Below are positions 17,883 to 28,072 of a DNA stretch of 64,000 nt, in pieces. The translations under genes were made by a program, and so were the position numbers. Within the stretch, counting starts at the first letter, position 1. Every line of letters begins with the position of its first letter. The notes beneath the pieces were generated by a model. The model was not told the DNA's origin. It made no database searches and saw only the letters and a list, made by a program, of their open reading frames with translations. The stretch is from Bacteroidales bacterium (GTDB lineage Bacteria > Bacteroidota > Bacteroidia > Bacteroidales > UBA1715), in the NCBI GenBank assembly GCA_045600045.1, contig JAZRXD010000044.1:5593-69592 (forward strand). The letters run 5' to 3'.

Positions 17883-18911
17883 ATGTTCATGAAACGATAT
17901 TGTTTATTCTTTTTTGTCTTATTTTCTTTTTTTGCTTGTACAGAAAAGGGAAAACAATTTTCTGTAACATCTTCGTATAAAAAAACAATTTACAGCGGCG
18001 ATTCGTTATCTTTTGATATTTCTTCGAAAAAGGATAGAACTCCTGATTCTGTTGTTGTTTTGGTTGATGGAAAATCGTATTGCTTTTACAACACGAAACA
18101 ATGTATGTTTCAAACCGAAGGCTTGCAAATGGGCGAGAAAACGCTTACGTTTCAGGTTTATTACAAAGGTAAAAAAGAGACAAATCTTCGTTCTATTCGT
18201 ATCTTGTCAGACATAGAGCCTGCAAAACTGCAATATGAAGTTTTGGCTTCGTATCCTCACGATCGCGATGCGTACACGCAGGGGTTACAATACGAAAACG
18301 GATACTTGTACGAAAGTGCTGGTTTGTATGGTGAATCGTCGTTGCGCTATGTTGATTTAAAAACGGGAAAATCTATACGAAAGAAGGAAATTGATTCCAT
18401 GTATTTTGCCGAAGGATTGACAATTGTCGGCGATTCCTTGTTTCAATTGACTTGGCGTGAAAATATGGGCTTTGTATACAATAAAAACACATTTGAACAA
18501 GTTGGTGCATTTACTATTCCGACCGAAGGATGGGGAATGTGTTACGATGGCAAATTTTTGATTGTGAGCGACGGTTCGGAATATTTATATTTTTACGAAC
18601 CAAAATCTTTGACTTTACATCATAAAATAGCCGTGTTCGACAATTTGGGCGCAATTTCCCGTTTGAACGAATTGGAATATGTAGAGGGTTTTATTTATGC
18701 CAACATATACACAACAGATAAAATCATAAAAATCAATCCAAGCAACGGAAAAGTGGCAACGGAAATAGATTTTTCAGGATTGTTACCAGCACAATACAGT
18801 GAGGATGTTGATGTGCTGAATGGAATTGCTTGGAATCCAACCACCGACCACTTTTACATTACTGGAAAATTATGGCCTCGCTTGTACGAAGTGAGATTGT
18901 ATTTTGAATAA
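17883..18911 (+). CDS. Glutaminyl-peptide cyclotransferase (beta-propeller type), lipoprotein
   Basis: Lipobox FFAC; YPHDRDAYTQGL, ESAGLYG, FAEGL, EGWG, SDGS, LNELE, VLNGIA, TGKLWP. Confidence 0.92.
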   Translation: MFMKRYCLFFFVLFSFFACTEKGKQFSVTSSYKKTIYSGDSLSFDISSKKDRTPDSVVVLVDGKSYCFYNTKQCMFQTEGLQMGEKTLTFQVYYKGKKETNLRSIRILSDIEPAKLQYEVLASYPHDRDAYTQGLQYENGYLYESAGLYGESSLRYVDLKTGKSIRKKEIDSMYFAEGLTIVGDSLFQLTWRENMGFVYNKNTFEQVGAFTIPTEGWGMCYDGKFLIVSDGSEYLYFYEPKSLTLHHKIAVFDNLGAISRLNELEYVEGFIYANIYTTDKIIKINPSNGKVATEIDFSGLLPAQYSEDVDVLNGIAWNPTTDHFYITGKLWPRLYEVRLYFE

Positions 18912-18916
18912 ATCAG

Positions 18917-19219
18917 TTATTCAATAGTTTCAATAAGAAAACTTACGGGACGAAATCCATCGTTACAAGAAATCATGGCGGAGTATGGATTTTTCATCCA
19001 TCCATCATAAAAATTACAGCCGCCGTGGGAGAGTGTCATAACGAATGGAGCCATTGAACTCCAAGCACTTTCACAGAGCCCTTGAGGCTTTTGGCCGTCA
19101 ATAGAAATAAATGTTTGTCCTTCGGATAAATCGCACGTGTGTTCAATTGGATTTTCGTATTTTTCGGACAAATCAGTGTAGTTTGCTTTACGAATTACTG
19201 TGATTTTGCATTTTTTCAT
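18917..19219 (-). CDS. TIGR04076 family protein
   Basis: KPQGLCESAW, ISCNDGFRPVSF. Confidence 0.85.
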   Translation of the reverse strand: MKKCKITVIRKANYTDLSEKYENPIEHTCDLSEGQTFISIDGQKPQGLCESAWSSMAPFVMTLSHGGCNFYDGWMKNPYSAMISCNDGFRPVSFLIETIE

Positions 19220-19220
19220 T

Positions 19221-19592
19221 TTACGCTTTCCAAAAAACGAATACTACAGCTAAAATTAAACAGCCAAATGCTGCCAAATGGTTCCAGGCAATTTTTTCTC
19301 CTTGAAATAGAATATTTGCAATTACGCAAAATACAAAAATTGACAATGCTTCTTGAATGACTTTTAATTGTAGAAGTGAGTAGGGACCTCCGTTTTCTAT
19401 AAAACCCATTTTGTTGGCTGGAACTTGAAAACAATATTCCACAAAGGCAATTCCCCAACTAAATAATATAGTGGCTATTAATGGCCAGTTGGTAGAGATT
19501 CCCATTTGATTTAGTTTTAAATGACCATACCAAGCCAAGGTCATAAATACGTTTGCTAAAAGAAGAAGAAGAATGGGTAAAAGGTAATTCAT
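19221..19592 (-). CDS. DMT superfamily small membrane protein
   Basis: NVFMTLAWYGHLK, SWGIAFVEYCFQVPAN, QLKVIQE; four TM segments. Confidence 0.88.
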   Translation of the reverse strand: MNYLLPILLLLLANVFMTLAWYGHLKLNQMGISTNWPLIATILFSWGIAFVEYCFQVPANKMGFIENGGPYSLLQLKVIQEALSIFVFCVIANILFQGEKIAWNHLAAFGCLILAVVFVFWKA

Positions 19593-19606
19593 TGTTCTAA
19601 AAATAA

Positions 19607-19638
19607 AAACAGTTAAGGTTTTTACGCCTTAACTGTTT
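19607..19638 (-). terminator. Intrinsic terminator after the 1535-aa gene
   Basis: AAACAGTTAAGG-8 nt-CCTTAACTGTTT, with a T-rich tail on the minus strand. Confidence 0.75.
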
Positions 19639-19647
19639 GGTTAAAAA

Positions 19648-22600
19648 TTAATCTTCGTATTCGTCATATTCATCGAATTCCTCTTTTTGTTTCTTCGCTT
19701 TCGGAGATTGTGATTGTTCTTCCTCTTCATCGTAATTAGGAGCATAATCTTCGTAAGGTCTGTTTGCACGGAAACGTTCGTGATATTGACGTTTCAATGG
19801 TTCTCCGCCATCCTTATACATGTAAGGAGTTTCTTTCTTGCCGACATTCATAGTGCGTTTAGCTTCTTTCATATTGTGAACGGCTGTTACCATGTCAAAC
19901 ATACTTGCGTTTTTGTTTGTCGGGTCTTTTACATCCGATGTGACGAAGTACATTTCTCCGTGGTCGTAATGGAAGAAGATCCAGTTCTTTTTATCCAATT
20001 CGATGTAGCAAGTGAATTGGTCTCCGGAGTAAAGATTTGCATATTCAACAAAACCATTAACTGAACGGTTGACTTCGACATTGCCGATGCTGTAGATTCC
20101 AAGTTGTCCGACTGAACGATAGGCGTGTGCAGCTGAATCCCAAGCTAAATCAAGTTTCGAGAACGTGATTGTATGTTCTAGTTCTTTCGGTTTCTTTCTG
20201 ATAGTTCCATACATGTTGAGATCGGCTAAACATTCGTCTGCTTTCGCTTTTCCAAGCAATTCCGTAAGTCCTTTCTTGAAGGCTGGAGTGGTCATGCTTA
20301 CGCCTTTCAATGTTTGGCGTTTGTTCAATGTATCGGCAATTGCTTTTAGAATATTGTCGTCAAACATAAAGTCAACAGTGGTAACTGTTTCTAGAGTCAC
20401 ACGTCCCGAAGTGATGTTGTGCGTTACGGTTCCGTAAGTTCCAACTTTAACTTGTCCTAGGTCTAGTCCAAGATTGATAGAACCTTCGCCTTGTGTATTG
20501 CAATATTCGCGGTGGTACGTAATCAAGTTGCCGTCTTTCGTGTTGTCAAGAATTTTTTCTTTAGAACCAACTTTGTATTGACGAGTGGCTTTATCGTAGA
20601 ACAAGTATCCGTTCGCACTAATTAACGGTATGTCCTGAGGATAGCGTTTGTGCGATGTGAATGCCGTATAGATGCTTGTGTAACGAGAATCTGTGTACAT
20701 TGATGCACCAACAGCGACAGAATCCAAATCAAGCATATTGTCGCTTACAGGAATGAAGATTTCAAGAGGGTTGATGTCGCCTGCGAATTTGAACCACGTA
20801 GGTTTGATTTTAGCACATTCATTTGCAATCAATACATTACCGTTGAAGTTCAAATATTGGTGGTCAGACATCATTTTGTAATCGCCGTAATAGCTGAAAA
20901 CCGACGATAGTTTGAAGTTTTGTTCTTCTTCCAATGTTCCAATACCGTATGTGTGTAGTGCTGTGTCAACTTTGATTTTTGTCAAAGGTAGAGGATGTTT
21001 TGTACTTGTTTCGTCAACATAATCGTACATACCATGTCCGGAGAAGTTGTTGCGTCCTTTTACAAAGAACGTTGCGTCGTAAACAGTGTGGTATTTGTGG
21101 ATTCTGTCGGCGTATAATTTGGCATTACGAAGTGTGTCCATGAACGCTTCTTGGCGAATGGTTACTACGCTATCTTTGTTTGGTACTATTCGTGAGTCCG
21201 CAACGTCAATGTAAGGAACTTGTTCCGCACCAATGATATAGTTTTTCAAATCGTATGTAGCATAAGGTGATAGGAAGTTCAACGTATCTTGTTTTGGATG
21301 TACGGAATAGAAGTGAAGGTCACGTTTGTCGGTGTTCAAGTCTTTCGGATCACCCAAAGCGATTTGTTTCGTGTGTAAATCCCATGTGAATTTTGTCAAA
21401 TAGCAGACGTACATGTTCTTTGGCAATTGAACCAACGACAAAGAATCGTTTGTCACGAAGTTCGCTTTTTTCGATGTGAAGTCAATGTTTGCTTTCACGT
21501 TTTTAGTTTTGAATGCTAATTCATCCAAAGCACCTCCTTGACTTTGCAAATCAAAGTCGGCAGAGTCGGCGTTCACGATTTTTTCTTTGAAGTCGAATGC
21601 GTTGGATGTAAGTTTTGCTTCACTGAAAATGTATTTACCCCATCCGCCAAGACCTTTTGGTGTGTATATCAAACCGCCGGAAAGAGTTGTTGAATCACCG
21701 TACATTTTGAATGCTTTTCCTGTTTCAACAGCCATAAGTTTGTTTTCGTATGGTTCCCAGTGGATGTTGATGTTTTCGCCTGTTACGCTTGGAGATTCTG
21801 GTCCGGAACTCTTTTGCTTAATGTTGAAATTCGTTGCGAAACCATTTGTTGAATCAGGGAAGAATGTGAATCCGTTAGGTCCCGATTCCGAACGTGAACT
21901 AAGGTAGTCCAATTTTCCGAAACCTTTCAAACCTTTGAAACTTAAGTTGATAGTATCGGTGAAAGTTCCTTTGCCTTTATAGGTTGGATAACCCGAAGAA
22001 CCAGTAATTCTTGTGAAACCAAATGAATAATCAGGTTGAACAACAATGCGTTCGCGTATGTTTTCGAATATGTCGGCTGAAATTAATTCTCCTTCAAAGA
22101 ACAAAGCGTCGGTCGAGAAGTCGTTCACACTGTCGATAGTAAATGGGTCAACTTTATAGTAGAATTTGTTTCTGTCGTAAACACCATCGTAAATTTTAGG
22201 ATTGTCGTAGTAAACATACGAGATTTCCTTGCTGTTGAAAATAGGATATTGAGGGTAATCCTTGATACTTGATTTGTTGTTCGGATCGTCAATCAAAATG
22301 TCACCGGTTACGTGTTCTATAGAGTTCTTTATAGGAACGAATTCTTTCACACCATATTGATTTTCGGTGAAGCTTTTAACTTTGATTTTCAATGAATCGA
22401 CATTTTGCAAGTTGATTTTGAAGTTTTCGTAATTGAAGTCGAAGCCTCGTCCGTAGAATGTGAACAAACCAGTTTCTATAATTCCGTCGAATTCAAAGTT
22501 TCTGTTTTTCGACATGGTAAGTTGGCTACCGCGAGGATAGAATACAACGTTTTGTGAATCGGAAACTTGGATTTTCGAAACACCGACCATGTTTAATTCC

Positions 22601-24255
22601 AAATTTGTTAAATCCAACGTTGCGTTCGACATGCCTTTCATGTCGTGTTCTGATTCGAATTTAATAACATCGTAGTCGATTTTTCCTACAACAGCGTCAA
22701 GATATTCGTAGGTACGTTGCTTTATCGTCAGTTTGTTGTTTTTGGCGTCAAAAGTGATTAAACCTCTGAATGACAAATCCAAACAAAGGTGGATTGCGTC
22801 AGCTTCAGGCATTCTCATATAAGCTGCGTATTCCGATACGGTGAATGTTTCGGTTTGTTTTGCTTTGCTCATACGACGAAGGGCAACCAATGGGTGTATT
22901 TCGTTGAACATACCAATTTCGCGGTATCGTGATTCGCGGAAATAGTTCGATGATTCAAAAGTCGCTTTGCTCAACGTGGTTCCCGACATTCCGCCCATTT
23001 GCATTTCTGGATTGTCAATTTGCCAAGTTAATTGTTGGAAATCCATATCGAGCATGTGGTATGAGTCGAAATATGGGCTTCGTGACAAGTTTTCGGTGTC
23101 GCCGTCGCGGATTAAGTTTACTGTTCGTGTGGCAACATTATATTTGAACATAAGTCCTGGATGGTAGATAGAGTCTTGTTCAATGTAAATGCTGACAGCG
23201 GCGTTACGACTGACGATGCTTTCCTTTTGGAATGTGTATCCAACCGATGAAGTCTTGAATATTTTTTTACCGTTGTTCGTGAATTCAAGTGTTGCAGGTT
23301 CTTGAATGGAACCGGAACCAATAAATTTGGAGCCATTCATACTAAAACCACCACGGTAGTTGATTCCTGGGTAAATATCTTTTATCACAAAAATGTTTTG
23401 GTACGATTTGAAACGTGGGTAGGTTACGTCGGCAGGATCTTTTACCGAAATTGTTTTGTCTTCCAACGAACCGAAGATTTTTTCGGAATAATATGTGTCG
23501 TTTGTAAACCAGACTGAATCGGCTTTGTAACTGGATTTAGTCATGTCTATGTCGTATTTGCTCAATTCAGCGAAAACAGATTCACTATTAAAGTTTGAAC
23601 GTTCCCAAGTAACTTTTCCTCCGTCGCCAATCCATTTGTTGTCAAAAGGAAGGTAATAACCGCTTGCTTGGTAAATCACAAATGAATTGCCTGTTGACGT
23701 ACATTGAATATTTGTCGGTGGCATTGTGATTTTTGCAACATTGTTTTCGAATGTGTATGTGAATGATTTCACGCGAAGCAATGTCCAAGTAACTGACGAT
23801 GAAGCGAATATTTGATGTTCCTTAAGCAAGATGTATGCATTTTTACAGAATTTGTCTGAAAATGACAATGCTTTGGTTTTCAATAAATGGCGTAAGGCTT
23901 CGTCCCATGCATGATAGCTTGTCATTGAATGGTCGGTAGTGAAAAATGCTTCGGCTGTTTGCAAATAATTAAATAGGTTGGTTGCTTTTCCCGATTTTTT
24001 CAAAATAGCGTTCGCAGTTGCCACAATACGGCTTTTTTCTTCGCGGTCGATTGTTCCCGAATCCCAAGAATCTTTTTTGAATTGCTTCAAATATTTGATG
24101 TAGTCGGGACCTTGTGCAGATTTCGAGAATACTTCCTCCATTTGTTGTAGGAAAAGAACTTCATCGTCTGCAAATTGCTTTACCTGGGCGTTTGCCAGAA
24201 ATGCCGCACTTAGGAATGTGCACAAAAGAATGAGTTTCTTGAATCGTGTAACCAT
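19648..24255 (-). CDS. Large secreted beta-rich protein of unknown function (1535 aa)
   Basis: Long uninterrupted ORF, signal peptide ANA-Q, internal repeat, acidic C-terminal tail, no catalytic motif recognised. Confidence 0.85.
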   Translation of the reverse strand: MVTRFKKLILLCTFLSAAFLANAQVKQFADDEVLFLQQMEEVFSKSAQGPDYIKYLKQFKKDSWDSGTIDREEKSRIVATANAILKKSGKATNLFNYLQTAEAFFTTDHSMTSYHAWDEALRHLLKTKALSFSDKFCKNAYILLKEHQIFASSSVTWTLLRVKSFTYTFENNVAKITMPPTNIQCTSTGNSFVIYQASGYYLPFDNKWIGDGGKVTWERSNFNSESVFAELSKYDIDMTKSSYKADSVWFTNDTYYSEKIFGSLEDKTISVKDPADVTYPRFKSYQNIFVIKDIYPGINYRGGFSMNGSKFIGSGSIQEPATLEFTNNGKKIFKTSSVGYTFQKESIVSRNAAVSIYIEQDSIYHPGLMFKYNVATRTVNLIRDGDTENLSRSPYFDSYHMLDMDFQQLTWQIDNPEMQMGGMSGTTLSKATFESSNYFRESRYREIGMFNEIHPLVALRRMSKAKQTETFTVSEYAAYMRMPEADAIHLCLDLSFRGLITFDAKNNKLTIKQRTYEYLDAVVGKIDYDVIKFESEHDMKGMSNATLDLTNLELNMVGVSKIQVSDSQNVVFYPRGSQLTMSKNRNFEFDGIIETGLFTFYGRGFDFNYENFKINLQNVDSLKIKVKSFTENQYGVKEFVPIKNSIEHVTGDILIDDPNNKSSIKDYPQYPIFNSKEISYVYYDNPKIYDGVYDRNKFYYKVDPFTIDSVNDFSTDALFFEGELISADIFENIRERIVVQPDYSFGFTRITGSSGYPTYKGKGTFTDTINLSFKGLKGFGKLDYLSSRSESGPNGFTFFPDSTNGFATNFNIKQKSSGPESPSVTGENINIHWEPYENKLMAVETGKAFKMYGDSTTLSGGLIYTPKGLGGWGKYIFSEAKLTSNAFDFKEKIVNADSADFDLQSQGGALDELAFKTKNVKANIDFTSKKANFVTNDSLSLVQLPKNMYVCYLTKFTWDLHTKQIALGDPKDLNTDKRDLHFYSVHPKQDTLNFLSPYATYDLKNYIIGAEQVPYIDVADSRIVPNKDSVVTIRQEAFMDTLRNAKLYADRIHKYHTVYDATFFVKGRNNFSGHGMYDYVDETSTKHPLPLTKIKVDTALHTYGIGTLEEEQNFKLSSVFSYYGDYKMMSDHQYLNFNGNVLIANECAKIKPTWFKFAGDINPLEIFIPVSDNMLDLDSVAVGASMYTDSRYTSIYTAFTSHKRYPQDIPLISANGYLFYDKATRQYKVGSKEKILDNTKDGNLITYHREYCNTQGEGSINLGLDLGQVKVGTYGTVTHNITSGRVTLETVTTVDFMFDDNILKAIADTLNKRQTLKGVSMTTPAFKKGLTELLGKAKADECLADLNMYGTIRKKPKELEHTITFSKLDLAWDSAAHAYRSVGQLGIYSIGNVEVNRSVNGFVEYANLYSGDQFTCYIELDKKNWIFFHYDHGEMYFVTSDVKDPTNKNASMFDMVTAVHNMKEAKRTMNVGKKETPYMYKDGGEPLKRQYHERFRANRPYEDYAPNYDEEEEQSQSPKAKKQKEEFDEYDEYED

Positions 24256-24257
24256 AA

Positions 24258-25097
24258 TTATTTGTGTGTAAAAGTTATTATCGTCCAGTTGTTTTTTGAT
24301 TTTACTTCGTTGAGTCTCAAGCCGAATGATTTCGCAGCGTGTTCGATTGCCGGAACGTCTTCTTGGTAAAATCCGCTCATAATTGCTGTCCCGTTTTGAT
24401 TTACGGCTTGTGCTAAAAATTGCATATTGTCAATCAAAATGTTGCGATTTATGTTTGCAATCACGTAATCAAATGTTTTTCCTTGTAAGACATCGAGTTT
24501 CGCCAATTCTACGTGGAAATCCGTACATTCGTTTAGCTTGATGTTGGTATTTGTGTTTTCCACGCAACACGAATCGTAGTCGAATGCAAATATTGATTTT
24601 GCACCTAATTTCTTTGCGAAAATTCCCAAAATTCCTGTTCCGCATCCACAGTCAACCACCGTTTTGCCGCTGAAATCCAATGTAGCCATTGTTTGTAGAA
24701 TTTGCGAAGTCGTTTCGTGCGTTCCCGAACCAAACGACATTTGGGGAACTATTATGATTTCGTGTTGGTATTGTTTGGTAGGTTTGAAAGTTGGATTTCT
24801 TACAAGAATATCGTTGTTGATTTCAGCATATTCAAATGTTGATTCCCAAGTGCTGTTCCAATTTTGCGACGGCATTTCGCGAACAGAATAGGGGAATTTT
24901 CCTAATAGTGTTTCTGTGGTGGAAATCACTTTCTGCAAATTACTTGCATTGTATTGCTCTTTGGGAATATAAGCTTTGAAATCATTCTGTTCTTCAATAA
25001 AACTTTCGAATCCGCAATCGGCCAAGAATGCGGTTAAAAGTTCTTTCGCTTCGTTCGAAAGATAATTTGATTTACAGTTGAATTCGCAATAATCCAT
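24258..25097 (-). CDS. prmA: Ribosomal protein L11 methyltransferase
   Basis: NWNSTWE, PQMSFGSGTHETT, VDCGCGTGILG, ANINRNIL, SGFY. Confidence 0.95.
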   Translation of the reverse strand: MDYCEFNCKSNYLSNEAKELLTAFLADCGFESFIEEQNDFKAYIPKEQYNASNLQKVISTTETLLGKFPYSVREMPSQNWNSTWESTFEYAEINNDILVRNPTFKPTKQYQHEIIIVPQMSFGSGTHETTSQILQTMATLDFSGKTVVDCGCGTGILGIFAKKLGAKSIFAFDYDSCCVENTNTNIKLNECTDFHVELAKLDVLQGKTFDYVIANINRNILIDNMQFLAQAVNQNGTAIMSGFYQEDVPAIEHAAKSFGLRLNEVKSKNNWTIITFTHK

Positions 25098-25211
25098 ACA
25101 AACACTAAATTGTCCAAATTTCAGTTATTTTATTTTCTTTGAACAATTTAGAGTCTATGATTTATCAACAATTTTTCACGAAAAATAGGGTTGGGATTTT
25201 GTGGAAGATTG

Positions 25212-26147
25212 CTATTTCAGAAAAGATTCAACATTCTTGTAAGTTAGCTCCAGTAAGCTTTTCAAGGCTTTGTCGCTGACCCATGCAACGTGTGGAGTTA
25301 TTAACAATTTGTTTTGTATTGTTTTGTCGAGAAGTGGTGATTCGATTGGTAAAGGTTCTTTTTGCATTACGTCAATGCAAGCACCTGCCAAATAGTTTTC
25401 TTGTAACGCTTGTGCTAAATCGTTTTCGTTGATTATTCCTCCGCGTCCGACGTTTACGAGGTATGCTGATTGTTTCATCAATCGTAATTGTTTTACTCCA
25501 ATAAGATTTTTGGTCTGTTCGTTGAGTGGCGAATGTATGGAAACCACATCGGCTGTTCGTAAAAGTTCTTCTAACGAAACTTCCTGATAATCAGTTGTAT
25601 GATTGTTGCCTGACGTGGAATAATATATGACTTTGCATCCAAAAGCGGTTGCAACTTCGGCAACACGTCGGCCAATTGTGCCTAAACCAATAATTCCCCA
25701 CGTTCTGCCGTTAAGTTCCAAATAACCAGGTCCGATATGGGTAAATAGATTTTGTTTGGAATAGGTTTGCGACGAAACGTAGTTAGCGTAGTAGCTTGTA
25801 TGTTGCAAAAGTGATAATAATATTGCAAATGTATGTTGCACAACGCTTTCGGTGGAGTAGCCGGCAACGTTTTTCACCGTGATTCCTTTTTCTTTCGCAT
25901 ATTCCAAATCTACATTGTTTGTTCCTGTAGCTGTAATGCAGATGAGTTTCAAATTTTTGCAAGCGTTCATGATTTCTTTGTCAATAATCACTTTGTTTGT
26001 AATGATAATTGACGCATTGCCAATGTGTTGCAATCGTTCTGCATTGCTCGTCGTCGCGAATACGGTAAGTTTTCCGAATGTTTTGAAAGAATCGAAGATA
26101 GAATTTTCACCAATTGTGGCTGCATCGAGAACTACAAGATTTTCCAT
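25212..26147 (-). CDS. D-2-hydroxyacid dehydrogenase
   Basis: ATGTNNVD, GIIGLGTIG, NVGRG, TPHVAW. Start at MENL (26147). Confidence 0.92.
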   Translation of the reverse strand: MENLVVLDAATIGENSIFDSFKTFGKLTVFATTSNAERLQHIGNASIIITNKVIIDKEIMNACKNLKLICITATGTNNVDLEYAKEKGITVKNVAGYSTESVVQHTFAILLSLLQHTSYYANYVSSQTYSKQNLFTHIGPGYLELNGRTWGIIGLGTIGRRVAEVATAFGCKVIYYSTSGNNHTTDYQEVSLEELLRTADVVSIHSPLNEQTKNLIGVKQLRLMKQSAYLVNVGRGGIINENDLAQALQENYLAGACIDVMQKEPLPIESPLLDKTIQNKLLITPHVAWVSDKALKSLLELTYKNVESFLK

Positions 26148-26210
26148 TTTAAGAGTTGTCAAGTTTCAGTTGTAAGGTTTCATTTGTCAATGAAAACCTA
26201 AATCCTTTTA

Positions 26211-26271
26211 CAAAATTATAAGTTTTGTGTTCTCTGAATATCGTTATGTCATGGAAAAAATACTACTTTTG
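26211..26271. promoter_or_regulatory. Back-to-back -7 elements (TAATTTTG minus 26211-26218; TACTTTTG plus 26264-26271)
   Basis: Two TAnnTTTG matches between divergent genes. Confidence 0.5.
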
Positions 26272-26322
26272 CAAAAATTTATGGGTTGTTAATTGATGCA
26301 ACTCAAATTGAGTCGGTTAGAA

Positions 26323-27273
26323 ATGGATTTTCAAAAGAAATTTGAGCAGTTGAAACGGTTGGTGGGAAACACCCCGCTTATCAAAATAAATTATTGTTAC
26401 AAAGGCGAGGTAAAGTACGCGTACATTAAGGCTGAATGGTACAATTTGTCTGGTTCCATAAAGGATAGGGTTGCGTATTATATTTTGAAAAATGCATACG
26501 AAACTGGCACAATCAACGAAAAAACGCCGATTTGTGAAGTTACGAGCGGAAATATGGGAATTTCGATTGCTGCAATTTCACGGTATTTGGGTAATCCTTG
26601 CACAATTTGCATTCCTAAATTTATGTCGAAGGAACGTTTCAAATTGTTGAAATTGTATGGTGCTCACCTTGAATTGACGGAAGATTTTGAATCGGCTTTT
26701 AAAAAGGCGGAAGAATATAAAAAACAAGGCTATTATTTGACATATCAGTTTGAAAATGAGTATAATATGATTGCTCATTATGAAACAACAGCTCCTGAAA
26801 TTGAAGCAAAAATAAATGAATTTCCTTGTTTTATTGCTGGTGTTGGAACGGCTGGAACTTTACATGGCTGTGGCAAATATTTCAAAGACAAGCATAATGC
26901 GAAAATGTTTGCTTTGGAGCCGTTACAGTCATCAATTCTTACATTAGGTAAATCGCTTGGTCCACATAAAATTCAAGGTTTGTCTGATGAAATTATTCCG
27001 GGCTTGTATCCTGAAAAATTGGTTGACGATATTATCCGTGTTGACGATAACGATGCAATTGGCATGGCGCAACGACTTTGTAAAGAATTGTCGCTTGGTG
27101 TTGGTATTTCTGGCGGTGCAAATTTCTTAGGTTGTGTTTTATCTGGCTATAATGGTGCGATTTCGGTTTTTGCCGATGACAATAAAAAATATCTTTCTAC
27201 GGCATTGGCCGATGAATCAATTCATTCTCAATTAGTTGACGAAATTGATTTGTTGGGTTTCGAAGTGTTGTAG
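26323..27273 (+). CDS. PLP-dependent cysteine synthase family protein
   Basis: VGNTPL, NLSGSIKDRVA (PLP lysine), TSGNMG, GVGTAGT, HKIQG, GISGGAN. Start at MDFQ (26323). Confidence 0.9.
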   Translation: MDFQKKFEQLKRLVGNTPLIKINYCYKGEVKYAYIKAEWYNLSGSIKDRVAYYILKNAYETGTINEKTPICEVTSGNMGISIAAISRYLGNPCTICIPKFMSKERFKLLKLYGAHLELTEDFESAFKKAEEYKKQGYYLTYQFENEYNMIAHYETTAPEIEAKINEFPCFIAGVGTAGTLHGCGKYFKDKHNAKMFALEPLQSSILTLGKSLGPHKIQGLSDEIIPGLYPEKLVDDIIRVDDNDAIGMAQRLCKELSLGVGISGGANFLGCVLSGYNGAISVFADDNKKYLSTALADESIHSQLVDEIDLLGFEVL

Positions 27274-27276
27274 AGT

Positions 27277-27939
27277 ATGGACGTTCCGCCAAAGCAATCA
27301 TTGTTAGTTCCTAAAATAGACGTTTCGGCAGTTAATGTTATTGAGGTTCCGATAACAATGCAAGAAAGTTGCATTAAGTATCATTCAATTGAAAAAGTTA
27401 ATTGGAATGACTATCCGTACTGCCCACAAACGCAATTCGCTATTGCATATACGTTAGATTCGGTGCTGCTTCATTTTAAGATTAAAGAAGCGGATGTACG
27501 TGGATTTGTTGTTCAGGATTTGGGGCCTGTTAGCAGCGATTCGTGTGTGGAATTTTTTGCGTGTATGGGGGGCGACGATGTTTACTATAATATTGAATGT
27601 AATTGTCTTGGTTTCATTTCGATGGGAGCGCGGAAAACACGCAATGAAAAAGAACATGCTTCGCCCGAAATTTTGCAGCAAATCAAGCGATGGACTACAT
27701 TTGGCTCTATTCCGATAGGAGAAATTCGTAGGCAAACCGAATGGCAGTGTGCGCTTGTGATTCCGTTTACGGCATTTTTCAAGCATTCAATACAAGATTT
27801 ATCGGGAAAAAATATCCGTGCAAATTTCTACAAATGTGGTGGCTCCGATGAATATAAGCATTATGTTTCGTGGAATCCAATCAAATCAGATAAACCTGAT
27901 TTTCATAGACCGGAATGTTTCGGACTGATTTCGTTTTGA
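27277..27939 (+). CDS. Carbohydrate-binding family 9-like protein
   Basis: DSCVEFF, YYNIECNCLG, ANFYKCG, PDFHRPECFG. Confidence 0.82.
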   Translation: MDVPPKQSLLVPKIDVSAVNVIEVPITMQESCIKYHSIEKVNWNDYPYCPQTQFAIAYTLDSVLLHFKIKEADVRGFVVQDLGPVSSDSCVEFFACMGGDDVYYNIECNCLGFISMGARKTRNEKEHASPEILQQIKRWTTFGSIPIGEIRRQTEWQCALVIPFTAFFKHSIQDLSGKNIRANFYKCGGSDEYKHYVSWNPIKSDKPDFHRPECFGLISF

Positions 27940-28072
27940 ATACGTTGGTGAAATAATTGGACAAATTTCCGCAAAAATAAAAATTGTTTTTTTTGAGCTG
28001 ATTTTTTTATTCTAAGAACAACTAGAAAGACTTGTTCTTTTTTTCTAATATTTATTTTTTTTCGGAAATCTC

